Positions 13,830 through 26,059 of a stretch of 64,000 nucleotides of DNA are shown here, one piece after another. Position 1 is the first letter of the stretch. Each line of letters opens with the position of its first letter. The stretch is from Camelus dromedarius (Eukaryota): positions 103,914,001 to 103,978,000 of the forward strand of contig NC_087437.1 of NCBI RefSeq assembly GCF_036321535.1, in the 5' to 3' direction. A program made the position numbers and the translations under genes. The notes under the pieces are model-generated. The model was not told where the DNA came from. It did not search any database and was given only the letters and a program-made list of their open reading frames with translations.

Positions 13830-13934
13830 GAAAGAGACAAGGGAAGAGGCTGTGACAGAAACTCTGAAAATAGAAATCAACAAGGAAGACAGCGCCTGGC
13901 AGAAGAGGTCTTCAGCTCCACTCCTTGGGCCCAG
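13830..13934 (+). other. Candidate 105-bp internal exon (unverified)
   Basis: Flanked by tttttttacAG and cag|GTaatc; purine/GAA-rich; two of three frames open; no partner exon identified. Confidence 0.25.
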
Positions 13935-15059
13935 GTAATCAGAAAACTTCCTTCCATTCTATAAGATTTCCAAAAGGCAAAAATTACATAGTTTTGGTGC
14001 AGAGAGTTATTTTTATTTCTCATCAATTCTTTAAAATGATACTTCCTTGTCCTTTAATTTCTAATTTGTGATGAGTTGACTTCTGCATGAAGTTGGACAT
14101 TACAATTTTGATGGAAATTACTCTCTTCTTTCCATTCTGAATATTGTAAATGTTTTGTGCTCTGATTAAAAAAACCTACTGTTCTTCTGCGTGATATTTC
14201 AGAATAAAAATATCTTCACATTTGAATTCTATCTATATTAAATGTTGAAAGGCAGTAACCAATAGATTTTTAATTGTGCTACCTGATTGCCTTCCAGAAG
14301 TGCTTTATTCCTATTTCTCAAATAATTGAATGAGCAAATTTCAATAATTTATCACATTTAAAAGGACTAGGGAGAATTTCCTCCTTAACCCCTTTTTACA
14401 TAATTGGAAGTAAGTTTGGTATATTTAGCCCATACTTTGAATTCTAAATCCTACTTAGTTTATTCACAAGTATTTCTCTCTAAAATATTTATCTTAAGCT
14501 CTAGTCCTAACTTCTGCAGATAATTTCATTCTGTGTATTTTATGATGTGAGCATTTAATAAATATGATACTGGTTACCTCAAATCGATTCAGCCATGACT
14601 TACTTCATTACGTTATGTAATGTGGTAAGGGAAAATGATCTTAAGCTGTGTTATTTAAGAATATATAACTATTTTAAATAAGAAATATTATTTCAAAATT
14701 ATATAAGGAAAACAGTACTGATCAATGAGAAGAAAAAAAGAAGACTATAATTTAAAAGTTGATCACTTTCATACAGAATTATTTCTATATCAAGTGTCAA
14801 GGACAATAATAAATAAATGTGTATATAATGATTCTGGAGTAGTTTTCTCAAATCAGTAAGTTTGCTTTTACAAAACAGTAAATATATATGCTAATAGAGC
14901 ATTTGCTTATGTTCCATAAATTTTATTTAATGAATAAATCATCAAAAATATCTAGCTTGCTTTTTAAGTAACTTTATATAGTTGAAAAGCACATGAAAGT
15001 AAATAAGGGAGCAGGAGGACAGAGAGAGACTGATGTTATATACCTGTAACATTCCATCA

Positions 15060-16095
15060 ACAGATCTGGCATTTTTCTTCATATTTCTTTCATTTTCCCC
15101 TCTCATTCAAGAACCAAGTGTTGATAGACGTTCCAATTCAAAATTCCTCAAATTCTGTCCAATTCTTCATCCCCACTATCACCGTTTTAAATCAGGACTT
15201 TGTTATCTTTTCTCAGTTGCATCTTAACAACTCACCATAGCCAGATTATTATTTCCTCATCCACACCACTACCATATTTATCCTGCTACTACTAAGAATT
15301 TATACTATTTATATATTAAACAAACAATCTACAAGGATACATGGTACAACACAGAGAATATAGGCAAGATTTTATAATAACTAAGTGGAACATGGCTTTT
15401 AAACATTGTGAATCACTATGTTATATACCTGTAACTTATGTACCTCAACTATATCTCAGCAAAAAAGAGTGTAAGTGCATCTATGTGTGTGTGACATATA
15501 ATACATTCACAGATGCATATGAATATGTTAAATTTATGTGTGAATGTGTGTGTCCCCCTTTCAACATGTCCACACAGCCTATAGGTGTAAAATATGAATA
15601 TCTTTACATGTTACAGGAGACCTTTCATAATTCAACAAGAGTTTGTCATTGGAAGCTGTCCAACAAAACCAAATTTTATACTAAGATCATTAAATTTACA
15701 GATTATGAACTTTCCTTACACTGAACTATGTGCTTAATTTCTTTCTCCTTTCCTACATATCCTCTACAAACTGTAACATATCAAAAAAACTTGCACATAA
15801 AATTTAAGTTCAAAAATTTCCTTTTCTGTATCTCTTGTCTTTTACTCCTTTCCCAAGCAAAATTGGTTATTTTTCTCCTTGTTCCTAGAGTGCCATCTAC
15901 CTACTTCTCATACCAATTAATATGTGTAAGTATAAATATGTGTGTTTCTTTATGTGTTTAAAGTTTTTATTTTTATATGCTTAGATAGCTAGAAGGCTCT
16001 GTTCCTTGATTTAAATTTTGTCTCTGTATTTCCAAACTCTTTATAATGAGCAGAATATAAAATAATAACTTCAGAAATGTTTCAATATTTAATGA
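15060..16095 (+). mobile_element. L2 fragments split by an L1 3' end
   Basis: aattctgtccaattcttcatccccactatcacc..tcaggactttgttatcttttctcag; gaaggctctgttccttg..tttgtctctgtatttcc near the 3' end. Confidence 0.55.
15300..15467 (+). mobile_element. Short artiodactyl-type L1 3' end
   Basis: acaaggatacatggtacaacacagagaatataggcaagattttataataact..tgtgaatcactatgttatatacctgtaact..tcaactatatctcagcaaaaaa; homologous to 18440-18580. Confidence 0.8.
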
Positions 16096-16573
16096 AAAAC
16101 TCACATTATAGAATCCTCAAAGATTCTTTAAAAAATAAAAGAATGCAGGTAAGGTTACAATGTTAACTTTAAGAAATCATGTGGAATGTTTAAGAATATT
16201 TGTTATCTTTGCATACATGTAAAATAGATGGACAGTAATTTCAAGTTCATTTATTCTGCTACCCTATTAAATTGGTCTCAAAAAGAAGGCCTCATTAGTG
16301 GTAGAAATAGAAAATATTTATGCAGGACATACTGTTTAATGATTCACTACTTTGCATACAAGTGAGGTCAGAAGGTCCTCTAATGAAAACCAATGTGCTT
16401 TCTCATATTCATCACTGAGCTTTATCATGTTATGAATGGCACGTGCTATGACAGCAAGTTTTAGATTCTTATTAGTAAGCATCCTGTTGGAATTCTAAAG
16501 AGTGAAGATTATAACACCTTAGCAAATATGGATACAAATCATACAATTACCTATTTTAAAATGTTGGTTTTTT

Positions 16574-18605
16574 AAACACAAACATGTGGAGGATAAATAT
16601 ACTACTGAACAACCAATGGATCACTAAAGAAATCAGAGGAAATCAGAAAACATGATCCTGTACATAGAAAATACTAAAGATGCCACCAGAAAATTACTAG
16701 AGCTCATCAGTGAATTTGGTAAAGTTGTAGGATCCAAAATTAATATGCAGAAATATGCTGTATTTCTATAGATTAATAACAAACTATCAGAAAGAGAAAT
16801 GAAGAAACCAATTCCATTTACCATTACACCAAAAAGAATAAAATACCTAAGAATAAACCTACCTAAAGAAGCAAAAGACCTGTACTCCAATAACTGTAAG
16901 ACACTGATGGAAAAAGAAAAATTAAGAAAACACACAGATTGAAAGATATACCATGTTCTTGGACTGGAAGAATCAGTATTGCTAAAATGACCATTGTACC
17001 CAAAGTAATCTACAGGTTCAGTACAATCACCATCAAATTACCAATGGCATTTTTCACAGAACTAAAACAATTTTTTAAAAATTTGTTTGGAAACACAACA
17101 GACCCTGAATAGCCAAAACAAACTTAGGAAAGAAGAATGGAGCTGGAGGAATCACACTCCTTCCAGTGATTTCACACTGTATTACAAAGCTACAGTAATG
17201 GAACAGTATGGTGCTGGCACAAAAACAGACACATACATCAATGGGACAGGATATAAAGCCCAGAAATAAACCCACACACTTATGATCAATTAATCCACAA
17301 CAAAGGAGGCAAAAATGTACAATGGAGAAAAGGGTCTCTTCAGTAAGTGGTGCTGGGACAGCTACATGTAAAAGAATCGAATTAGAAGATTCTCTAATAT
17401 CATATACAAAAATAAACTCAAAATGAATTAAAGACCTAAATGTAAGTCTGCATACTAAAACTCCTAGAGGAAAACATAGGCAACACACTCTTTGACATAC
17501 ACAGCAGTATTTTGGGGGGATCATCTCCTAGAGTAATGAAAACCAAAGTAAAAATAAACAATGGGACCAAATTAAACTTAAAAGCTTTTGCACAGGAAAG
17601 GAAACCATAAAAGAAAAGAAAAGGCAACCTAGGGAATAGGAGAAAATATTTGCAAACAATGCAACCAACAAAGGGTAATATTCCAAACTACACAAACAGC
17701 TCATACAGCTCAATATCAAAAAACAAAAACAAAAACAAAAACCAATCAAAATTTTAAAAATGTGTAGAAGATCTAAATAGACACTTCTCTGAAGAAGACA
17801 TACAGTCACGCTGGTTAGAATGGACATCGTCATGAAGTCTACAAATAATAAATGTTGGAGAGGGTGTGGAGAAAAGGGAACTCTCCTACATCACTGGTAG
17901 GAATGCAAATTAGTGTATCCACTAAAGAGAACAGTACGGAGGTTTGTTAAGAAACTAAAATTAGAGTTACCATAACGATCCAGCAATCCTACTCCTGGGC
18001 ATACAGCTGGAAAAGATAAAACTCTAATTCAAGAAGACACATGCACCCCAATGTTTATGGCAGTGCTATTTACAATAGCCAAGACATGGGAGCAACCTAA
18101 ATGTCCCTTGATAGATGAATGGATAAAGAAGATGTGCTACATATACACAATGGAATATTATTCATCCATTAAAATAATGAAATAATGCCATTTGCAGCAA
18201 CATGCATGGATCTAAAAATTATCATACTAAGTGAAGCAAGTCAGAAAGAGAAAGACAAACACCATATTATATCACTTATACATGAAAATTTAAAAATGAT
18301 ACAAATGAACTTATTTACAAAACAAAAATAGACTTACAGACATAGAAAACCAACATGGTTACCAAAGGGGAAAGGAGGGTAGGGATAAACTAGGAGTATG
18401 GAATTAACAAATACATACCACTATATATAAAATAGATAAACAACAAGGATCTACTATATAGCACAGGTAACTGCATTCAGTATCTTGTAATAAGCTATAA
18501 TGGAAAAGAATATGATATATATATAATGGAATCACTTTGCTATACACCTGAAACATTGTAAATCAACTATACTTCAATTTTAAGATTTTAATTTAAATTA
18601 AAAAT
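16574..18605 (+). mobile_element. 5'-truncated lineage-specific L1 (ORF2 remnant plus 3' UTR) with internal deletions
   Basis: Continuous ORF2-like sequence (catgatcctgtacatagaaaatactaaagatgcc = MILYIEN.KD, etc.); 3' UTR ends tgtaaatcaactatacttcaat; frameshifted, non-coding. Confidence 0.95.
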
Positions 18606-18886
18606 AGTTTTTTTATTGCAGCTGAGTTCTATTAAAGATGAGAAAACAAACAAAAGTGGGAACATACATTTATAGGATTTACATAACCACCTGAAACTTA
18701 CAAAGGAACATTTATTCCATCCAACAAATATTTGCTTTGTTATATAAACTCAACCAAATTAGAATGTTATAATTCTAAGAAACATACAAAATTTGAAAAA
18801 TAATTCATTTAATGAAGAAGCCCAGAAATTTTTGTGAATTAGTATTACATGCAGTCAATTGTCGTGCAATGTGACTGTTTCTCTAA

Positions 18887-18907
18887 ACACACACACACAC
18901 ACACACA
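18887..18907. repeat. (CA)n microsatellite
   Basis: Read directly. Confidence 0.9.
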
Positions 18908-19596
18908 AACTGACACTCATGGAAAGACAAATTTGTTGGAGAATACAAATGGGAATAAAAAAAACAATTAAACTCTTATTTAACCTGGATATTAAACAAA
19001 TATCATTATTTGATGTGTAAAAACCCACCATCAAACTCCACTTTGAGCTCTCAGTGATAATGTGGACTTAGAAAAAAGATGACATTGAATATTTTGTCCT
19101 AAAATGCCTGCTCTTTTATATATAAATAGAGGCAGCAGGAATAGAGAAGGAAGGAATCATATATTGAATAGAATACAATTCATAGTCCTTAATTAAGTAT
19201 AATAATTACCATAATTACAATTCAGAACCCACCATTATATTAGACTAGGCCTCTATTTTGTGTGATAATTTAGATTTCAGTTTGAATTTCTCATCCACTG
19301 CAGTCTGTTTTGGCACTGCCTCCATTTCTAGGATAGACCACAGTGGAGAGTATTATATATGAAATTTGCCAATTAAAATTTTAATGATCACTCACAAGAT
19401 TTTAAACATACTCTCATTGCAAATCATTTTTATCTGTCTACAGCATTAAACGCAGTCTCACTCTGCTGTACCATGTCCATAGATAATAATGAATTCTGCA
19501 TTTGTTATTTTCCTCCTGGATGTCTGTAGATAAATTTTATGCAAACCCGATTTATTTGTTGTTTTAAGCTATCAGGTTGTCTACAAACATCCAGAA

Positions 19597-19986
19597 TTTG
19601 TATTTGTGTCAACTTGGCTGAGCCACAGTGTCCCAATGCCAGGTCAAACTTTATTTTGGGTGTTTTGGTGAAGGTATTTTTGGGGTGAGATAAGCTTTCA
19701 GTCAATAGACTCTGAACAAAGCAAACTATCCTCTACAGTATGGGTGGGCCTCATCCAGTCAGTTTAAAGATGTACCTTCCCAGACCAAGAAGGAATTCTG
19801 CCAGCAGACGGCCTTCAGACTTCAACTGCAGCTCTTCCCGGGGTCTCTAGCTTTCTGGTCTCCCCTGCAGTTTTTGGCCTTATCAAGCCCCCATGATGAC
19901 ATGAGCGAATTTTTCAAGATAAATCTCCTTCTGTCTATATACACATTATGTCAGTTCTGTTTCTCTGGAGAATCCTGACTAATACA
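19597..19986 (+). mobile_element. MLT2 (ERVL) solo LTR, MLT2D-like
   Basis: tgtgtcaacttggctgagccacag..; tgggtgggcctcatccagtcagtt; gaaggaattctgccagcagacggccttcagact; canonical end gttctgtttctctggagaatcctgactaataca. Confidence 0.92.
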
Positions 19987-20302
19987 GGGACTTAGACAGA
20001 GCTGCTAGAAAACTATAATAAAACTGGGTTCCAAAACAGAGGTAACATTTGACTTTACCTTAACACTTGCTAACTTCTTAACTGGTATCGTTGCCAGGTT
20101 TGTCATTATTGCATCAGGTTTTTGGTGAAATGTAATTAAATACAATATCTGTGAAATATATTGGATATAGATAAAAAGATTTGAGTAAATAAGAATCAAA
20201 CCAATAAATATTACTAATCATTACATTTATGGTCTTATTGTACATATGAGTTGATGTCTCCTATATGGATTATTAACAACTTATAATTAATAAGCATGAC
20301 AA

Positions 20303-20560
20303 TGTAGCTAATAAGCATTTATTGAGTATTCACTGTTTACCAGGCCTTAAGCTATGTACGCATCACCAGTTCATGTAAATCCTCAATTCATGTCAATTTA
20401 TTTGGCAATATCTAACTCCCATTTTTATTTTCAATCATGCTAGAAGATTCATTTGCCAAATTTACTACTACATATGTTCTGCACACTTTGCCGTCTTACA
20501 GCATATGATATCAGAACCCCAGATTTTCAAGGATTTAAAACTTCAGCTCATTCTTACAAA
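20303..20560 (-). mobile_element. MIR SINE (degraded)
   Basis: tagctaataagcatttattgagtattcactgtttaccagg..catgtaaatcctca..ctcccatttt antisense MIR motifs. Confidence 0.6.
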
Positions 20561-20661
20561 AAGCATGCACACAGTGTCCCAGTTGATTCTTTATTTTGGA
20601 TGAAACATAATCTGACACTGTTTTACCAAACACATTTTACTGGTGACTGATTTGAAAGATT

Positions 20662-20915
20662 GCACTGTGGGTAGGTTAAGGGCATAGTCTTTGGAGCCAG
20701 AATGTCCGGGAACAAATCTTATCCCCTCTACTGTCTAGCTGTGTGAACTAAGTCAAATCACTCAAACCTCTGGGTCTCAGTTCCTCCATGTGGAGCAATA
20801 GGATAGTAAAAGTATCCACCTCAAAGGGTTTTTGTGGGGTTTACACTAGTTCATGCTTGCAAAGCTCTTGAACAGTCATAAGTATGGTACAAAGGTTTGG
20901 TAGTACCACTCTTAT
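20662..20915 (+). mobile_element. MIR SINE, near full length
   Basis: ggttaagggcatagtctttggagccagaatg..ctagctgtgtgaactaagtcaaatcactcaaacctctgggtctcagttcctccatgtg core..tgcaaagctcttgaacagt. Confidence 0.88.
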
Positions 20916-22124
20916 TTTAAGCAATAATTTAACACGTTATAAAATAACCACATGGAATTCTATTCTCTTTGATAAAAATATAAACTGACTGTAATATTAA
21001 AGTGATATTTCACCTGTTACTGTTTGGATTACTTTGTCTGTTGTAAACTTTATCTTATTTTTCCTGCCATTCAGTTTACCACTCTTGCTCAGTCAGCCTG
21101 ATAAGCCAACCCCCATTCCAAACAGAAATTCAGCCATCCATTATGTGAGCTCTGTTATTTAGGATCAGTGGTTAATGGATTTCTGATGTAGATGGAAGTT
21201 TTTGTGTAACTGAGATATCACTTTGACAGATGAGGTCACAATAGCTTTAACTGATGTTCTTTCAAGCCTGAGGGCTGCCTGCTCACAGGTTCAGCTGAAG
21301 CATTTCAGGCAATGCAGGGGACCTAGCGGTCCAGATCATTCTATATAGATACACATTTTTATTTTTAAATTTTGTTTCAAGGCTTTTAATAAGCTTTAAA
21401 AATTGATAAAAACAAAACTCTTGTTCATTAAACATTATCTTTTTAATGGATAGTTTGAAAGGATTGGACATACTCAGTACAATGAAATGGTGTCTTTGAT
21501 GTAATTTTTATTAATTTGAATTCAAAGTTATTAAGTTCAGTATCTTCTTTCTACAAGCCCTTGCTATTTCATTTATATGTGCACCAAGTAAAGCGTGCTG
21601 AAACAAGAGCAGTTAAAAATTGAATTTTATTTGAAATCTTTTTTCCTTTCTATTAAACCAGTGCTTCTGTCACAGTAATATTAAAGCATCATATAATTAT
21701 GTTCAGGAGACTCAGGTATTATGTTTTTAGATCATTTTCTTCATTAATAAAAGAGCAAAAAAATTGGAAAATTACCTTAAAATCTTTTTCATCCTATCTC
21801 AAGTAGTCAAAATGTCAAATTATAGTTCAAATGAGGTTAATTTTACTTTGTCATACTTTGGAAGAAGCAATATGAATGTGTGTGCTGATAATTAAAATAG
21901 CACAATGTATTTTCAGATAAGAGGATCAACAGAAAAAGTAAACTACATATAATGTATAAAAAGCAAATACATTTCAAAACAATGCTTCCCATAGAGTTCA
22001 CACGTATAAGTTCAAACACTTATAAATGAAGCAGAGTGTTGTGTGGGATTTTGTATTTAAATGAATATATTTCATTCTGTCAATAGCAGAAAATAAAAGA
22101 ATCCAGTGGTTTTGCTTTAGTTTT

Positions 22125-22440
22125 TAGAGAAAGGAGAACGGATGATTCTGGAAAGAGGATCAAGTGGAGATACTGACTTACTCAGGAGCACGGGCAGCCA
22201 ACAGCTGTAAAAGGAAGGAAGACAGAGAATAAATGGGTAAGAAGAAAGCAGATCACAAAATTTGGAAGAAGGAACATATGGAGGTTCTTTTTAATTGCTT
22301 CCATTTTTCAGTGAATCACAAAGTACGTTTATTAGCTAAGAATAAGAAATGGAGAAACAGTATTGGGAAACTATGAAGAGAATGAATGAAACAGTTAGTA
22401 GAGCAGAATATGAATTGACTGGGGTGGCAGAGCAATCATC
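22125..22440 (-). mobile_element. L2 internal fragment
   Basis: ggaggttctttttaattgcttccatttttcagtgaatcacaaagtacgtttattagctaagaat is an antisense L2 motif. Confidence 0.65.
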
Positions 22441-23355
22441 TAGGGTTTCCTAATTTTTCTCTTGCTCTAATTCACTTGAAGTATTTACTGGAAATAGAGA
22501 TTCTCAGGAAGATTTTGATTCCATATGCAACTTTGCCCAGAAATCTGTTTTTAAGGGACCACAATCAATGGTACCATCATCCAAAACTGGAAAACCAGAT
22601 GGAAATAATTCATTAAGAATGTTGTATGCAAGTAATGCACTAGATAGTACCAGAGTTAAAACAAATGAATGTTTGTTATTTATGCTAAATACGGGAACTA
22701 TGACCCCTCTATACATTAATATAATTTCAAATAAAAATGGATTATAATGTGAAGGCTTCCTTTATAACTGATGGATATGATGTACTACTATGTAAAGAAT
22801 TCAGAGGCGGAAACATGACGTTATGGCTAGATTAAATGACAGAAAGAAGGAAGGATGCAGGCTTGCTTGAAGTTTTTAGTTTTCATTTTTTAAATCAGAA
22901 AGCTAAACAACTGAGTGCAAGGACAGGGATGCATTCTATATAGGGAATTGCATCAATGATGGCAAGGAGGGAAGGAGGCAGGATACCTTTAAAAAGACAA
23001 CAGATCTCACTGAATCAATTATAATCAGTAATAGGAGATGAGAGCAGAGAACTTTAGAGTACTTTTATACACTGGGAATACACTAACTGCTTACAACATG
23101 CAAAGTGCAAAGAATAATGAGGGGAAAAGGAAAATAAGAAAGATCCATTCTTGAAGAACTCATTACGCTACAGAGCGATTTGTGTTACAAGAAGGTAAAG
23201 CAGAGTATCCGATGGGAGAGCATAAAGAATGACCCTCTACATATGGAGACAGGTGTGAAGGGACAGGTTTGTGAGGCAGGGTTTATGGAAGTCTTTCCTG
23301 GTGTATAAGTTGGAAGGTGAGGTGATAATCAATAGCGTGTGGGCCTAAGTGTGGA

Positions 23356-23402
23356 TGTGTGTGTGTGTACGCGTGCACACACGTGTGTACACGCATACAC
23401 AC
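23356..23402. repeat. Alternating purine-pyrimidine (TG)n/(CA)n quasi-palindrome
   Basis: atgtgtgtgtgtgtacgcgtgcacacacgtgtgtacacgcatacacac read directly. Confidence 0.9.
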
Positions 23403-23586
23403 CTGTGGATCAGGTGAGGCTTTCTAAGTAGATGAAGCTCAGCTCAATCCAATGACATTATAATGATATGACCAAATGTACATTTCAAACCTGTTAGTCT
23501 GACTGAAATATGAAATGAAAGTCAAGTATAGAAAGAAAACAAAAATTTAAAAAAAAATAAACTAATGGAAACAGTAGTGTTGAAGT

Positions 23587-23990
23587 AATTCAAGAAAACC
23601 TTTTCAACATTTATTGTTGAACTACAATTGCTTCCCAAGTATTTTTCTAGGTACCAGGAATATACATAAGGCATTTGCTTCCTTGATACCTGTTTAAGGG
23701 CAAATACTGAGACCACAACATTACTAAATAAATGAACAAGACGTACAGATATTAGCAATTATTGTAAATGGGAAGTACAATGATTGGACATGAGTAACAT
23801 CAGCAGCAAAGACCTCAGTGGCAGAGGCTGATAAGCTGATTAATGAGGAGAGGTCCACCATGGCAAGATCCAGGAGAAGGGAGAAAGCATCAGATCAGAA
23901 GCTGCTCGGGGGTTTGAGGAGCAACAACAGAAGGTCATTAAGACCTGAATGCAGGCAAAGGGAAGAGTGTGAGTGAGTTTAGAGAGGTAC
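23587..23990 (-). mobile_element. L2 3' end fragment
   Basis: ttcaacatttattg..ttctaggtaccaggaatatac; gggtttgaggagcaacaacagaaggtcattaagacctgaatgcag. Confidence 0.7.
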
Positions 23991-24089
23991 CATGATTGTG
24001 ACTGAGTAATGGAAAAATACCAGAAATGAACAAAAACAGGTCTATTAATGGTGTAAAAAGAAGACTACATCCATCAGAATTCACAATTA

Positions 24090-24399
24090 ATTTGGGGCCT
24101 TTGGCAGGTAATTAGGTTTAGATGAGGTCATGAGGGTGGTGTCTTCATGATGTTTAGCCCTTTCATAGAACAGAGTTCTCTCTCCCTCCTCCCCTATCTC
24201 ACGTGAAGAGACAGCGGAAAGAAAGGCTTTTTTTTTTTTTTTTTTTTTTCTTTTGCAAGCCAGAGTTCTCAAAATAACCCAAGCATACTGGCACCTTGGT
24301 CTCAGAATTTAAGCCTTCAGAACTATGAGAAACATATTTTTGTTGTTTAAGTCACTCATTCTAAAGGATTTTGTTATAGCAGCCTGAGCAAATAAAGAC
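24090..24399 (+). mobile_element. MLT1A-like MaLR LTR with internal poly(T) expansion (24227-24254)
   Basis: ggggcctttggcaggtaattaggtttagatgaggtcatgagggtgg..tgcaagccag..ctggcaccttggtctcagaatttaagccttcagaactatgagaaa..ttttgttatagcagcctgagcaaataaagac. Confidence 0.92.
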
Positions 24400-24404
24400 C
24401 TGAA

Positions 24405-25225
24405 TTATTTCAACTTTCTGTGAGCTTTAAAAATGCCAGTCCTCTCCTGTTTGTACCTTTTGACAGTTTGTTGTTAACCTTCTCTTTGCTCTTCTATATG
24501 TTTAATTTTTCTGTCTTTAACAGTACTTTTAAAGTAGCATTTATTTTCTCCAATTTGATTGCAATATGCCTTAGCAGAGCTTCCTTTAGGTGTGTTCTGG
24601 TTTGGAGTCATGGAGCTTTTAGATTTTTGAGTTAGTAACTTTGTATCAAATTGTAATATACATACTTTCAATTTTTTGCTGTCTCCCTTTTCTTCCTTCT
24701 GGAACTCCCATTACTCATTTTTTTAGACGCTTGATAATGTATCACAGGTCACTGACTTCTCTATTTTTTGTCTTTCCGTACTCAGTTTTGGATCCTATTA
24801 ATTACTTAAGTACATTGATCTTTTATCTGCAGTGTCTAATCTCCCATGACTAGCATCAAATCATATTTCAATTTTAGAAACTGTATTTTAATCATTGTTT
24901 CCTCTGGGTTATTATTTTTCTACTATTACTTTTATGTTCATGTTTCCTCTATCTTCTTGAACATAAGAAGTACCATATTTAGAACAGTTATTTTCAAGTC
25001 CTTTCCTGCTAGTTCCATCATCTTGGATTTTTTAAAATCTGGTTTATTATTTGTTTTTACATGTACATAGGTCATAATTTCCTACTGTCTGAACACCTTG
25101 AATTTTCAATTGTTTATCAAATTTCATGTTGTTGGGTGTTGGGTTTTGTTGTGCTAGCTTAAATAATGTTTTATATTTAATGATATGCAATTAAGTTACA
25201 TGGCCTCAATTGGGTCATTTCAGGT
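24405..25225 (-). mobile_element. Old L1ME-type ORF1 region
   Basis: aatttgattgcaatatgccttag; ttcttccttctggaactcccattactcatttttttagacgcttgataatgtatcacaggtcactga are typical antisense old-L1 ORF1 motifs. Confidence 0.7.
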
Positions 25226-26059
25226 TGTGGATTTTTTAAAAATTAACTTTGTATCTTAGAACAGTGTTAGGTTCACAAATTATTTAGATACACTACAGTT
25301 GTAGATTAATAATTTGTAAAGTTTTTCTCCTTATTTTTTACAGACATCTTTAGAAAGCAGTAATCCCATTTACAAGGAACCATCAAAAGAGAAATTTCTT
25401 CTTACAAAAAAATCTAGTTGACTCTAAAATATTGAGCCTTAGCTCTTTTATTCTCAAATATTATCAATGAAAATTCTTTTAAAGGTAAATTAAAAAAAAA
25501 GGAATAAGATAAATACTTTGGAACATCTAAAAGTTGTTGATATGGACTGTAAACTTCTCAACTATATGAAACATATTACATATAAATCTAATTGTAAGCT
25601 AGCAGAATCTATAGAAAACAATGCATACTTTCAAATTTTCCATTAGAGTTAACAGAAAGTTTTAGAAATTATTTCTGTTGCTACTCTCTCCCAGTATTTA
25701 CTTAGTCCTTTTGAAAATGACCATTGTATTATATAATAATAGATTAATATTAAAGATGTACATTAGAAGTATCTTCAATTTTCTTCCATTTCTCTTGATA
25801 TTAACACTTCATTATCAATTAATTAGAAAAAATACTCAAGATAAAATTAAATTAATTCACTTCAAGGAGAATAAAGTTTCAAGAAGAATATCAAATATTT
25901 CTAAAATTAGATCATTAGATGATTTAACTTAGACCTGTGAATTTTAACTAGATTTGACCACAGTAAGAAAAAATATTTTTACACTGAAACTATATATGTC
26001 ATAAATGCCTATGGCATAGATATAATCTGAAAGAAAATATTTAAGAAAAACTATCTATA

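Noticed and set aside
17075..17833. Hydrophobic minus-strand ORFs (also 16633-16935, 26969-27322, 53822-54199) as membrane proteins
   Set aside because: They are antisense shadows of A-rich L1 ORF2 sequence.
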